Of a DNA stretch of 64,000 nucleotides, positions 21,487-32,851 are shown piece after piece. This DNA is from an uncultured Rivularia sp. GTDB taxonomy: Bacteria > Cyanobacteriota > Cyanobacteriia > Cyanobacteriales > Nostocaceae. The stretch spans positions 736,001 through 800,000 of the forward strand of contig OY762007.1 in NCBI GenBank assembly GCA_963665115.1. The letters are read 5' to 3'. Each line of letters starts with the position of its first letter. Positions within the stretch are counted from its first letter, which is position 1. A program made the translations under genes and the position numbers. Under the pieces are notes generated by a model. It was not told where the DNA came from and made no database searches. It saw only the letters and a program-made list of their open reading frames with translations.

Positions 21487-23076
21487 GTGGAAAAAAAGCA
21501 GCAGAGTCAATCCAAAATCCGTCTTGGAAAGTTTGCTCAACGGGGGGAATCCCCGCAGCGCAACTTTCCCCAAGATGCAAATTCCTCGCCTTCATCAAAA
21601 CCATTAAAAAACGGTAAAACGCAGCCCAATACAAAGGTTCGCAAGCTTCGTAAAAGAATAAAAAAATCTAAACAAAATCTCAAAAAGAAAACTGCCCCTA
21701 CTAAAGGAAATCGTTCCTATTCGGGCGATCGCCCGAAAGTCAAAAAACCAAAAAGTTTAGTAGCATCAATGTTTGCTGTTGCAATCTTGCTCTCAAGTGC
21801 GGGTTTAGTTATAACTCTGAGCTGGATCAGCATTATGTTTATATTTAATCCCCTTTCTGTAACTTGGTTAAATCCTTTTTTACCGGAATGGGCTAAGATT
21901 GCCTCGAATTTAGAAGACAAACCGCATACCGTAGAGCAAATTCAAGCAGAGATTAAAAAACAAAACCGTATAGCCGGAGAAATTCTTCCTTTAGAAACCG
22001 AAACAAACGAATCTTTTTTACTACCTATTTATCGTAATCGCAACAATTGTAATTCTGACTGTAAATACATAGTCGAACTTAGAACTTACCAGCTAGCAAC
22101 AGATTTTGAGTGGCAGTCGCTCTCCAAAAAATACTATCACCTCACCACTCAATTACCCGTTACGGGACCAGAAGAATTTGAAGTCATAGCTCCCTTGGTA
22201 GATGCAGGTGTAGAAGAAAACCCCGGTTCAACCATTCCTCTAGCCGTAACAGAAATAAAACGCGTTGGAAAAGATGCACCGAAGCCTGGAATTTGGTACT
22301 ATCTAATCGGAAACCGTTCTTCAGGTTCAAATACTACAGCTTACGGCTACATCCTTCACTATAATCCAGAACGCCGTAACTTACGAAGAGTCATATCCTG
22401 GACGAGTCCAACTGGAGATTTACCCCAATGGCAGCAGATAACTGGTGATGGTGAAAAAGAACTAGTAGTACGTCAAACAGTTGGTTTAGAACCTCGTCTG
22501 CGAATTTACCAAATTAAACCCGGCGAATTTATCGTGAACCCAGTCAAATTATCTGAAATCAACCTTAAACCAACAGCTTTTAAAGATGGAGGTTACAAAG
22601 ATGCGCTGTTAATTGCCCAAAATGGACTGTGGACACCCGCTCATAAATGGCTGCAATTTATCAAGAAACAGCACAAAGGGAAAATATCATCCGAAGTACA
22701 AGCACAAATCGACTTCATTAACGAACATTCTCAACTCACCAAAAAATTAGCCGATACAAGCTGGGCAAGTCCCTCTCAAGAAGTTTTAGCTAACTTAATT
22801 GATGGTAGATGGGGAGAAGCCTTGAAAGTATTTGAAGCATCACCGGAAAATCCAGAAGAAATCAAAAATTTACTAAAATCCGATACGGGAAGAATAGAAA
22901 GTCGGATTGATGCAGCATTAAAAGCAAATCCCAATCGTTCCGAAGTACAAGCATGGAAAGCTTTAGTGATTGCATCCCAACAAAATACAAACCAGGCTTA
23001 TTACTGGCTCAAAACACAATCTAATATTTCTAAAAATTCACAAACCTATATTCAGAAGCTTTTAGCGCAAATTTAA
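21487..23076 (+). CDS. Hypothetical membrane-anchored protein
   Basis: 529-aa ORF with basic N-terminus and one TM segment; start uncertain. Confidence 0.75.
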   Translation: MEKKQQSQSKIRLGKFAQRGESPQRNFPQDANSSPSSKPLKNGKTQPNTKVRKLRKRIKKSKQNLKKKTAPTKGNRSYSGDRPKVKKPKSLVASMFAVAILLSSAGLVITLSWISIMFIFNPLSVTWLNPFLPEWAKIASNLEDKPHTVEQIQAEIKKQNRIAGEILPLETETNESFLLPIYRNRNNCNSDCKYIVELRTYQLATDFEWQSLSKKYYHLTTQLPVTGPEEFEVIAPLVDAGVEENPGSTIPLAVTEIKRVGKDAPKPGIWYYLIGNRSSGSNTTAYGYILHYNPERRNLRRVISWTSPTGDLPQWQQITGDGEKELVVRQTVGLEPRLRIYQIKPGEFIVNPVKLSEINLKPTAFKDGGYKDALLIAQNGLWTPAHKWLQFIKKQHKGKISSEVQAQIDFINEHSQLTKKLADTSWASPSQEVLANLIDGRWGEALKVFEASPENPEEIKNLLKSDTGRIESRIDAALKANPNRSEVQAWKALVIASQQNTNQAYYWLKTQSNISKNSQTYIQKLLAQI

Positions 23077-24945
23077 CCATAACAGCAGAAGTCCCACATC
23101 TGACCGTCGTCGGCAGTGTGGGATGAATGCGAGTGAGACGACGACTATATTCCTGACCAATGCGTAGCGAGGGAAGGAATATGTGGAGGAGACGAACACT
23201 ATTCGGGCTTTTGTTGACCTTCGATGTATTTTCGTAAAGTTGATATAGTGACACCGCCACAACTAGCCACAAAATAAGAACCGCTCCAAAATACATCCTT
23301 CCAGTATATTTTTGATAAATACTCAGAGAATTCCTGACGTAATTTTCTGGAAGACACTGACTTAAGATTATTGACTAATTTACTTAGTTCTAAGTCCGGA
23401 TGATATTGAAAAAGACAGTGTATATGGTCTTCTTCGCCGTTAAACTCTATAAGCTTGCAATCCCACTTGAGTAACAATTCCTCGATTATGACGTGAAGCC
23501 TTTCTAACATCTCACCAGTAAAGGCTTTGCGCCTATATTTTGTGACTAAAACTAAATGCACTTTCAAGTCACTGACAGAACGTCCTTTAGAAAAAAAATC
23601 ATTTTTCACAGTAGTTTCGGAATATTTATAAAGTTTGGTGTATACTTATATGGTAACACTAATTAAATAACAAGGAGGTGATGAACAAGTGCGAACAAGC
23701 TATCAATACCGATTAAAGCCTAATAAAGAGCAACGTGAAATTATTGATCACACGTTAGATATGTTGCGTTGTCAATATAACTATGAATTAGCTCAAAGAT
23801 TTGATTGGTACGAGCAGAATCGATGCTCTATTGACAGGTGTCCTCTTGTTTGTCATCTTCCAGAATTAAAAGACCAACCTAACCGTTTTAGTCAGCAAGC
23901 ATCATTAAAGCAGCTCAAAAAAGAACGTTCTTGGTACAAAACTATTCACAGCCAAGTATTGCAGGAGGTTCCTAAAAAGGTTGAGATTGCATTTGATAGA
24001 TGGTTCAAAGGTGATTGTAACGGTAAAAAATCTGGTAGACCAAGATTTAAAGGTGTAGGACAATATAAGACTTTTACTTATCCTCAATTCAAGCAACATC
24101 ACTTTGTTGGTAATAAAATTACCTTGTCAAAAATTGGAGATGTAAAAGTAATTGTTCACCGTCCTATACCGGATGGTTTTGCTATAAAAACCGTATCAGT
24201 TACTAAAAAGGTAAACGGTTATTATGTAACTCTAAGCCTTGAGAATAAAGAAGCTCCAACGATTAAGCCTGATTTCAATGCGGATAATATTGTCGGCATT
24301 GATGTTGGATTGATTGATTTTTATGTAGCTTCTGATAATACCCGAATTGCTGCGCCAAAACATCTCCGTAAAGCTGAACGTAAATTAAAGTCAGCACAAC
24401 GCAAAGTATCGCGTAGAGAGAAAGGTTCCAAACGTAGTAAGATAGCTATTAAACAATTAGGTATTAGACATAAAAAAGTAGCTGATACCCGTAAAGATTT
24501 CCACTTCAAAACAGCTAAAAAATTGCTATCTAAATATGATGTAATTGCTGTTGAAAAGTTGAATGTCAAAGGACTTGCCAAGTCTCGATTGGCTAAGTCT
24601 ATACATGATGCCGGATGGAGTCAGTTTGTAAATATACTTTCATTCAAAGCCGAAAATGCTGGGCTGAAAGTAATAGCTGTTTCTCCAAACGGTACAAGCC
24701 AAGAATGTTCTAGTTGCGGTCACGTAGTGAAAAAGCCGTTATCCCAAAGAATGCATAACTGCCCGGTATGTCATACCAGTATTTGCAGGGATTGGAATGC
24801 GGCTATAAATATCAGGAATCGTGGGACGCACGACCTGTATAAACAAGCTCAGCGGAGTCGGAGACACTCCGCCTCCGGTCAATGTCTTCAAAGAAGAGTC
24901 GCTGAGAAGCCCGCACTCACCCGAAGGGGAGTGAGGGTACGTCAC
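23077..24945 (+). mobile_element. IS200/IS605-family element (divergent tnpA and tnpB)
   Basis: Left-end hairpin CCCACA..TGTGGG (~23093-23122) and right-end hairpin followed by GTCAC (24941-24945); TTTAA precedes the left end; exact ends inferred. Confidence 0.8.
23199..23609 (-). CDS. tnpA: IS200/IS605 HUH (Y1) transposase
   Basis: HLVLVTKYRR, EDHIH (HUH), FWSGSYF, RKYIEGQ. Confidence 0.95.
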   Translation of the reverse strand: MKNDFFSKGRSVSDLKVHLVLVTKYRRKAFTGEMLERLHVIIEELLLKWDCKLIEFNGEEDHIHCLFQYHPDLELSKLVNNLKSVSSRKLRQEFSEYLSKIYWKDVFWSGSYFVASCGGVTISTLRKYIEGQQKPE

Positions 24946-24957
24946 GAGAAAGGGTAA
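23689..24957 (+). CDS. tnpB: RNA-guided endonuclease TnpB
   Basis: GIDVG, IAVEKL and RDWNAA RuvC residues; CSSC/CPVC zinc finger. Confidence 0.95.
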   Translation: MRTSYQYRLKPNKEQREIIDHTLDMLRCQYNYELAQRFDWYEQNRCSIDRCPLVCHLPELKDQPNRFSQQASLKQLKKERSWYKTIHSQVLQEVPKKVEIAFDRWFKGDCNGKKSGRPRFKGVGQYKTFTYPQFKQHHFVGNKITLSKIGDVKVIVHRPIPDGFAIKTVSVTKKVNGYYVTLSLENKEAPTIKPDFNADNIVGIDVGLIDFYVASDNTRIAAPKHLRKAERKLKSAQRKVSRREKGSKRSKIAIKQLGIRHKKVADTRKDFHFKTAKKLLSKYDVIAVEKLNVKGLAKSRLAKSIHDAGWSQFVNILSFKAENAGLKVIAVSPNGTSQECSSCGHVVKKPLSQRMHNCPVCHTSICRDWNAAINIRNRGTHDLYKQAQRSRRHSASGQCLQRRVAEKPALTRRGVRVRHEKG

Positions 24958-24962
24958 TGGGG
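24830..24962 (+). ncRNA. Putative TnpB omega/reRNA (scaffold overlapping tnpB 3' end, guide from 24946)
   Basis: Position expected from TnpB biology; hairpins are visible; boundaries approximate. Confidence 0.5.
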
Positions 24963-25352
24963 GATAGGGAATAGCAATAATTCAGGAATGGCCGCGATTG
25001 TCACAAGACTCGGATGGTGCGTGACACGACTTCCCACTCCCCAAGCCAAAAATAATAAAAATAAATCAAACGTAGAAGCAAAAAATATCGCTTCTACGTA
25101 CCCTAATAGTGACTAATAGTGCTAAAGTAAAATAAAGCAATATTAATAAGAGTGCGATATGCATTTATGCATCACGCTCCGCGTATCGCAAAAATAGCAG
25201 TAAAGCTAAAAATCGCTCTACCAATAAAATATAGCCATAAATATATATTCAACGCCGGTAGAAAAATCAGCGTTTTAGCTAGCAGTGCTTGCCATCGGTT
25301 TAATTACATAGTAATTACATATTAAGTATAGGCAAGCACGCGAAGAATAAAT

Positions 25353-25538
25353 TTAACAAGACTGTTCGCGAGTACAAACATCTTTTTGCTGCTTAAGTTG
25401 TTGCAACTTGATCAACAATAAATCCACTTCAGCTTGCAAATCCATTAACTTAGCTTGCTGGTCAACCTGATAGCAAGTACTAGTCGAGGTTGCGTGAGAA
25501 TATTCGGGTTTACGTTCTGAAACACTAGATACAGACAT
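25353..25538 (-). CDS. Small coiled-coil hypothetical protein
   Basis: YQVDQQAKLMDLQAEVDLLLIKLQQLKQQ; likely ATG at 25538. Confidence 0.6.
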   Translation of the reverse strand: MSVSSVSERKPEYSHATSTSTCYQVDQQAKLMDLQAEVDLLLIKLQQLKQQKDVCTREQSC

Positions 25539-25945
25539 ACTACTAATTAAGTCCAAAACTCTACTCAACACCATTAGAGATATAATAGTGTAATTTAAAG
25601 AATCATTAAATCTTTGTGTAGCTGGTATTAGTTGCTGCAATATTAATGATTTTTTTTGCTATGCAACATCTATGAAATGACAATACACACTAAGATTTTG
25701 TTCCAAAAATAAAAATGGATTTGAGCATAGGGCATTTGATTTTGGATTGAGGTTAAAGGTCAAAGTTTAAAATTGCCCTTGTCTCTCCATCACCAATTCC
25801 CAATGCCCAATTCCCAATGCCCCATTCCCCATTCCCAATTCTCAAATTGTGATAAAAGTTATCCTAATGCTTCCCATTGATATAGTAAAAAGGATAAACT
25901 GTCATTCGACATTGCAGTAAAAACTAAGTAGCTCTATAAAATCCC

Positions 25946-27040
25946 GTGACCTTAAGCCTGTCTGCTGTAAAATCTCATCGCCAACCTTGGCAGGGATTAA
26001 TTGAACAGTATCGCCAATACTTGCCCGTCAGTGAAAATACGCCGGTTGTTACGCTTTTTGAAGGTAATACACCTTTAATTCCCGTGCCATCAATTGCGCG
26101 TCTAATCGGCAAGCAAGTACGTGTTTTTGTGAAATACGATGGTTTGAACCCTACTGGTAGCTTCAAAGATAGGGGAATGACAATGGCGGTTTCTAAAGCG
26201 AAGGAAGCTGGGGCTAAGGCTGTGATTTGCGCGAGTACTGGTAATACTTCGGCAGCAGCAGCAGCTTACGCTAGGCGCGGAGGGATGCGTCCTTTTGTAA
26301 TCATTCCCGATGGTTATGTGGCGCTGGGTAAATTGGCGCAAGCGTTGGTGTATGGTGCGGAAGTACTGGCAATTAAAGGAAATTTTGACGATGCTTTGGA
26401 AATTGTCCGGGATATAGCCGAGGAATATCCGGTAACTTTGGTTAATTCGGTTAACCCTTACCGTTTGGAAGGACAAAAAACTGGGGCTTTTGAAGTAGTA
26501 GATATTTTGGGTGATGCTCCAGACTGGCTGTGTATTCCGGTTGGCAATGCGGGTAATATCACGGCCTATTGGATGGGTTTTTGTCAATATCATCAAGATG
26601 GTAAATGTGGACGTTTACCCAAGATGATGGGTTTTCAAGCTGCGGGTGCTGCTCCTTTGGTAAATGGTGGAGTTGTGAAGAATCCGGAAACCTTAGCTAC
26701 AGCAATTAGAATTGGTAATCCTGCAAGTTGGGATAAAGCAGTAGCGGCTGCTGCGGCGAGTAAAGGTGAATTCAACTCCGTTACCGATGAAGAAATTTTA
26801 GAAGCTTATCGAATTTTGGCTGGGGATGAAGGCGTTTTTTGCGAACCAGCGAGTGCGGCTTCTGTGGCAGGTTTATTAAAGGTAAAAGATCGAGTTCCCA
26901 CAGGTGCAACTGTAGTTTGTGTATTAACTGGTAATGGATTGAAAGATCCAGATACAGCAATTAAACATAATAAAAGTCAGTTTACCCAAGGTATTGAAGC
27001 GGATATTAAAACTGTTGCCAAGGTGATGGGGTTTGAGTAA
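25946..27040 (+). CDS. thrC: Threonine synthase
   Basis: [13 protein letters not shown] lysine motif, [16 protein letters not shown]. Confidence 0.96.
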   Translation: MTLSLSAVKSHRQPWQGLIEQYRQYLPVSENTPVVTLFEGNTPLIPVPSIARLIGKQVRVFVKYDGLNPTGSFKDRGMTMAVSKAKEAGAKAVICASTGNTSAAAAAYARRGGMRPFVIIPDGYVALGKLAQALVYGAEVLAIKGNFDDALEIVRDIAEEYPVTLVNSVNPYRLEGQKTGAFEVVDILGDAPDWLCIPVGNAGNITAYWMGFCQYHQDGKCGRLPKMMGFQAAGAAPLVNGGVVKNPETLATAIRIGNPASWDKAVAAAAASKGEFNSVTDEEILEAYRILAGDEGVFCEPASAASVAGLLKVKDRVPTGATVVCVLTGNGLKDPDTAIKHNKSQFTQGIEADIKTVAKVMGFE

Positions 27041-27044
27041 GGCT

Positions 27045-27099
27045 CGTAGTTGCGCGGTGACTCGCCTCTTAACCGGAAGCGCTAAAGCGCAACTACGAA
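27045..27099. repeat. Short GTAG...CTAC palindromic element between convergent genes (possible terminator)
   Basis: TCGTAGTTGCGC...GCGCAACTACGA; related element at 35891-35944. Confidence 0.65.
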
Positions 27100-27103
27100 C
27101 AAA

Positions 27104-29024
27104 TTACAAATTTTCTATTTCCACCGTCTGTATCTCTTCAACAACATCAAATCCAAATACCCGCGAATAAAAATATAATTCTGCTTCCAAAGCGCGTTTA
27201 ATATTTTCTGAGTTGCGAAAACCATGTTGTTCTCCGGGAAAGGGAAGGTAAGCAACGGGTAATCCCTTGTTTCGCAAAATATCAATCATGGTTTCAGCTT
27301 GATTTGGTGGCACAACTTTGTCTTCTAAGCCTTGGAGAAAAATTACCGGGCAAGTTAAATTCTCGGCAAAGTTAATCGGGGATCTTTGTACGTATAATTC
27401 CTTCTTTTCTGGATAAGCACCCACCAATCTATCTAAATATCGGGATTCAAATTTATGGGTATCTCTGGCTAAAGCTTCTAAATCGCTTACGCCATAATAA
27501 CTAGCACCAGCTTTGAAAGTATCGCGAAAAGTTAACGCGCATAAAGTTGTATATCCTCCCGCACTTCCACCAGAAATTGCTAGGCGATCGCCATCTACTA
27601 AATTTTGTTCTACGAGATATTTGGCACCGTTAGCGCAATCATCTACGTCAACAATTCCCCAATTTCCATCCAAACGCTGACGGTATTCTCTTCCGTAACC
27701 AGTACTACCGCCATAGTTAACGTCTAAAACGGCAATACCGCGACTCGTCCAATATTGAATTCGATAGCTCAAACTTGAAGATGTAGCCGCAGTGGGGGCC
27801 ACCATGACTTTTAACTAATAATGGTGGTTTTTCGTTCTCCGGTGCGGTGAAATCTTTGTTTTGCGGTGGGTAAAATAATCCATAAGCTGTTTTCCCATTG
27901 CTGGTAGGAAATTCTATCGGCTGCACTTGGGAAAGATAGCCGTTATCTATGGCAATATTGCTAGAACGTTGCAAAACTTGGATTTTTCCGCTTGTTAAAT
28001 CGAGTTGAACCAGTTCGCTGGCTTGAGTTGGTTGTCCTCCGGTGAATAAAACCTTTCCTGGTGTTGCTTTTATCCCGCTAAATTCCGTGTAAGGTAAATC
28101 GAAAATATCAAGTTTTTTTGTATTTACATCTAAGCTTGCTAAATACCAAATTCCTTTCTGGGTATAGCTGCAAATAATTCTATCAGTTGATTCAATTGCG
28201 TAGGTAGAGGAGCCTAAACCCCATTGCGGCTTGCCAAATTCTGTTGACATCGGGGTCAAATTTTCTACTTTTCCCTGTTGCCAAGAATATAAATTCCACC
28301 AGCCAGTTTTTTCCCAAATAAAATATAAAGTTCCATCATTTGACCATTCCGGTTGCCCAGCAGACTCATTCACACCACCTGCAATTTTTTGAGCATCACC
28401 AATCGAACCATCAGCTTGAACCGTACCCACCCACAATTCGGCGCTATCCCAAGGCATATTTGGGTGATTCCAAGTTAACCAAGCTAAATATTTTCCATCC
28501 TTACTCAAGCGAGGTGAAATATAGAAATCATTACCGGATACAATCACTTGCGGGTTATTATTTTCTGTTAAATTTACAGCGACTATTGTATTTGTCGGCT
28601 CTTTTCCCTGTTGCGTATGGTCTTCACAAATGCATATAATCCGCTGACGCTGACTGTCAACAATTCCATCACCGTAACGCATTGATAATTCAGGTGTTAT
28701 TGGTTGCGGTTCGGAGCCGGGTTTCTGCTGATAAAGACGTTGATCGATAAAGTTAGAAAAATAGACGACACCATCAGCAATAAAATAGGAACCACCACCA
28801 TACTCGTGAACCCGACTACGCACATTGAAACCATCCGGTGTCACAGTGGTTTCACCATCGGGGTTGCGTCGGACAATAACAGTACGTCCCTTATCCCAAG
28901 CCCGTAACTCGCTCCAATAGATATTATCGCCATCAACAGCAATTTGTCCGAGTCCGATTGTTGTTGAGGTAATTAAATCAGTAGTGATGGGTGATTTCCA
29001 AGAACCGTAAGGTGCTATTGTCAT
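27104..29024 (-). CDS. S9 family (prolyl oligopeptidase-like) peptidase; split by one extra base at ~27794-27800
   Basis: [10 protein letters not shown] start, HGGP(T), GGSAGG nucleophile, [12 protein letters not shown]. Confidence 0.9.
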
Positions 29025-29478
29025 GCTGTGTTTTCAGTTGGTGATGCTAGAACTTTATTGATTTTACAGCTAATGAATTATAGTGATTATTTTTGAAAAG
29101 CGAGAAGATGTAATTGTTTCGTTTATTAGAAGAATACCGATCAAAAAACCGATACTAGACGCAGAGTACGCAGCGAAAAGAAATAAAGAGCTTAAGCCCA
29201 CGTGCAGAAAATTAAAAAACCACAATTTTTCAAAAAAACAGGTTCCTTAATAGCTCAAATTATTACAACTCATATAAAATTGCTATAGAAACCTTCATAT
29301 TTGAAATACTGCTCGTTTTCACAAAAGCGCGTAAATCTTTGCGTGCAATTGCTGGCTTCAGGCAGCTTGGAGTTAAACTTAAAACGATAATTAAAAGAAA
29401 ATCTTTCCGCATATAGTGTTATAACTATTTGGATTAAATTTTTGAGCCAAGAAAGATGAGTAGTAATTATAGATAATA

Positions 29479-29823
29479 ATGGAAGCTGTAAAAAAAAGAC
29501 CCATCAAACCCAAATCCTATATATCGTTCCTCTATATCTACTCAACTAACTGGGGAACTGCCGGTGATATTTGTTTAATCCGCGAAACTGTAGCTGAAGA
29601 GAGTACTTCTAAATTCGTGGGTCGCAAAGTCAAATTAGCCCTTCCGAGAGGAATGGAAAAGCATCGCGTGGAAGGTTATCAGGTAATCAAAGTTGCAGGT
29701 CATGTCGGTGAGGGACATCCCAAAGATCCTGGTTCCGAATGGGAAGCTTATGAAGGTATAGAGCGAGAAGTTGCGACCGCAGTTCTGAAGCCTTGGGGAT
29801 TTAAGTTAGTTGAGCCAGAGTAA
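29479..29823 (+). CDS. Hypothetical protein
   Basis: 114-aa ORF with protein-like composition. Confidence 0.7.
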   Translation: MEAVKKRPIKPKSYISFLYIYSTNWGTAGDICLIRETVAEESTSKFVGRKVKLALPRGMEKHRVEGYQVIKVAGHVGEGHPKDPGSEWEAYEGIEREVATAVLKPWGFKLVEPE

Positions 29824-29845
29824 AGCTTGTCAGGGCAATTTCCAA

Positions 29846-30466
29846 CTAATTAACCGGATGTTGCCCATAAAAAGGTAAAGCTTCCGTCCATTCCGGACGC
29901 TTCCCCTGCTGCCAATCCAAATGCGCCAATTGCAGCATACTCGTTACCGTCGCAGCTAAACCAGAGTTAGCTTCCAAAAGCCGATAATTACCATTCCAAT
30001 CGGCTAATTTTTCTTCCCATATTTCTGGGGTTAATACCACATCAGTCATTACAACCGATAATCCGCTACCATCCGGCATAACTTGGTAAATCGCACCATA
30101 CAACATACCTCGTTGCGCTGGCATTTGTACGGCAATAAAATTATCATCATCAACCCGGTTTTCCCAAGCAAATGCTGCCAAAGTAGAAACCGCAAACACC
30201 GGAATATTCAATTGTTGTCCTAAAGTACGAGCAGCCACAACCCCGATACGAGTTCCCGTAAAACCCCCAGGTCCCTTCGCTACAGCAATAAAAGCCATAT
30301 CAGCCCAAGTTTGAGGTTTAACAAAATCTATTAAATATTGATGCATTAAATTAGAAACATTACGGTCTAATTTCCATACATCAGAACGCGAGTCATCAGC
30401 GAAATTACTGATAGATAAACCTAATTCGGGAGTTGTGGTGTGTAGCGCGAAAGCGTATTTAGGCAT
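29846..30466 (-). CDS. tsaB: tRNA threonylcarbamoyladenosine biosynthesis protein TsaB
   Basis: IAVAKGPGGFTGTRIG motif; upstream in-frame extension is STRR repeat, so start placed at 30466. Confidence 0.92.
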   Translation of the reverse strand: MPKYAFALHTTTPELGLSISNFADDSRSDVWKLDRNVSNLMHQYLIDFVKPQTWADMAFIAVAKGPGGFTGTRIGVVAARTLGQQLNIPVFAVSTLAAFAWENRVDDDNFIAVQMPAQRGMLYGAIYQVMPDGSGLSVVMTDVVLTPEIWEEKLADWNGNYRLLEANSGLAATVTSMLQLAHLDWQQGKRPEWTEALPFYGQHPVN

Positions 30467-30537
30467 TGGGAATGGGGAATGGGGCATGGGGAATTGGGAA
30501 TTGGGCATTGGGCATCCCAATTATTGAAAAATATATC

Positions 30538-31003
30538 GTAGTGGGAGCGTCTCGCTCCCTTGATATATATAGCGAGCAAGATACCTATATATAGCGAGCA
30601 AGATGCTTATATATATAGCGAGCAAGATACCTATATATAGCGAGCAAGATGCCTATATATATAGCGAGCAAGATGCCTATATATATAGCGAGCAAGATAC
30701 CTATATATATAGCGAGCAAGATACCTATATATATAGCGAGCAAGATGCCTTGATATATATAGCGAGCAAGATACCTATATATATAGCGAGCAAGATGCCT
30801 ATATATATAGCGAGCAAGATGCCTTGATATATATAGCGAGCAAGATGCCTTGATATATATAGCGAGCAAGATGCCTATATATATAGCGAGCAAGATACCT
30901 ATATATATAGCGAGCAAGATGCCTATATATATAGCGAGCAAGATACCTATATATATAGCGAGCAAGATGCCTATATATATAGCGAGCAAGATGCTCGCAC
31001 TAC
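30538..31003. repeat. REPIN-like element with 18 tandem copies of a 22-26 bp unit (ATATATAGCGAGCAAGATRCCT)
   Basis: Ends GTAGTGGGAGCGTCTCGCTCCCT and AGCGAGCAAGATGCTCGCACTAC; AGCGAGCAAGAT counted 18 times. Confidence 0.92.
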
Positions 31004-31085
31004 AAATTATATTTTGAATCTAAAATCCAAAATCCAAAATCTAAAATCCCTTAGTTCCTTACTGTTCACTGTTCACTGATAACTG

Positions 31086-31335
31086 TTAAGTGGGTACCAA
31101 TTCACCGGGGACGTAATTTAGACCATTTACCTTGTTCTTCTTTAAAACTTAAACATCCTACAACATCCCATTCCATTTCAATTATTTCGCCTTCGGTGCG
31201 GATATTTACGTTTATACTGGGTTCGTTAGGATCAAAGGTTGGTGTTTCTGTTAAGTGAAGTTGTTGGTGCTGTGTTTCTACTGCATTGTAGGTAGCACAG
31301 CGATCTACATAATGACAATTTACACAAATACACAT
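31086..31335 (-). CDS. ycf34: Ycf34 family protein; one extra base at ~31105-31110
   Basis: MCICVNCHYVDRC...EWDVVGC; removing one base restores C-terminal LRPGELVPT*. Confidence 0.88.
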
Positions 31336-31430
31336 ATTAAAACCAAGTTATAGTTTCAGTTTCGCTTTGTTTTTATTCTAACGATTAGCTACGCTGTTGT
31401 TGCCTAGCCTTTGAGTTTATTTTTATTACA

Positions 31431-32705
31431 ATGTACGGTTCAATTCTGTCTAAATTTACACCAGAATCTTTACCTTTTAATCTGGAATTATTACCAAAAC
31501 CAGCTTACCTGGTAGGTGGTGCGGTACGAGATGCTATTTTAGCAAGAAATCGAGAATATCTGGATTTAGATTTTATTTTACCTTCAGAAGCGGTAAATGT
31601 AGCTCGTAAAATAGCGAAATATCATCAAGCTGGTTTTGTTTTACTTGATGAGCAAAGGCAAATTGCTCGCGTGGTGTTTCCCGATGCTACCGTTGATATT
31701 GCCCAACAGGAAGGCGATTCTTTAGAAACTGATTTGCATCGGCGTGATTTTACAATAAATGCCATAGCTTACAATATTCATACTCAAGAAATCATCGATC
31801 CGTTACAAGGCGGTGCAGATTTAGCAAAGGGTATTTTACGGATGATATCACCTGCTAACTTAGAAGATGACCCTTTACGTTTAATGCGAGGATATCGGCA
31901 AGCGGCACAGTTGGGATTTACCATTGAAGCAGAAACTCAATCTACAATTCGCGCTTTAGCTTCTCATTTAGAAAAAGTTGCTGCGGAACGAATACGGGTA
32001 GAATTGGGCTATATGTTGGCTAATCCTCAAGGTACGCCTTGGTTGATAAAAGCTGTTGAAGATGGTTTACTAAAATCTTCTTTTGAATACGTAACATCGC
32101 TAACTTGTACTTTGATTGCAGAAGTTGACAAAGTAGCTTTGCAGCTTACAGAAGAATTTCCAAGTTTAAAGGAAATACTGCAACAAAATATTAGAGATAC
32201 TGTAAAAATTACTTGGCTAGGTATTGCAAAACTAGCTTGCTTAGTCAATTTAAAGCCAGAAATAGCAGAAGCGGAATTAGAAAAACTTACCTATAGTCGT
32301 GCTGAGATTCAAAGCGTAACTACAGCCTTGAGAACATTTCCCAGATTCGATGCACAATTATCCTTGAGAGAACAATATTTCTTATTTCGAGAAGCGGGTA
32401 GCGTATTCCCGACTACAGCCATTTTAGCAACAGCTTATGACAATGTAGTCAGGGATATGTCCGAAGACAAGCCGCTAACAACATACGCATCTTTACTTTC
32501 CCGCTACTTAAACCCTGATGATCCGGTTGCACATCCCACTCAATTGTTAAGTGGGAAACACATTATATCATCATTAAACATACCTTCGTCACCACTTATA
32601 GGTAAATTACTGACAGAAATAGCAGTGGCACAAGTCGAAGGCAAGATTTCGACATCTTATGAAGCGATTGAATTTGCACGGAAGATGCTTGAAGAAAATG
32701 GGTAA
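31431..32705 (+). CDS. cca: CCA tRNA nucleotidyltransferase / poly(A) polymerase family
   Basis: LVGGAVRD, DLDF, DLHRRDFTINA, DDPLRLMR. Confidence 0.9.
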   Translation: MYGSILSKFTPESLPFNLELLPKPAYLVGGAVRDAILARNREYLDLDFILPSEAVNVARKIAKYHQAGFVLLDEQRQIARVVFPDATVDIAQQEGDSLETDLHRRDFTINAIAYNIHTQEIIDPLQGGADLAKGILRMISPANLEDDPLRLMRGYRQAAQLGFTIEAETQSTIRALASHLEKVAAERIRVELGYMLANPQGTPWLIKAVEDGLLKSSFEYVTSLTCTLIAEVDKVALQLTEEFPSLKEILQQNIRDTVKITWLGIAKLACLVNLKPEIAEAELEKLTYSRAEIQSVTTALRTFPRFDAQLSLREQYFLFREAGSVFPTTAILATAYDNVVRDMSEDKPLTTYASLLSRYLNPDDPVAHPTQLLSGKHIISSLNIPSSPLIGKLLTEIAVAQVEGKISTSYEAIEFARKMLEENG

Positions 32706-32851
32706 TGGGGAATTGGGGATTGGGGATTGGGGATTAGGCATCGGGCGTTGAGGAGATGGGGAAGAGTCGGGAGAAATTTGAAATTTCTTAAATTATTAAT
32801 TACTTACTACTCTCTACTCCTCACTCCTCACCCTGTTGCCTCTTAAAACCT

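Noticed and set aside
30467..30520. MPNSQFP-type N-terminal extensions of tsaB (also dusA 48832-48879 and kinase tail 62757-62788)
   Set aside because: Translations of STRR heptamer repeats
30585..30989. ORFs with LLAIYIGI / YIYSEQDA repeats; possible second CRISPR
   Set aside because: Tandem minisatellite inside a REPIN with no unique spacers and no coding signal
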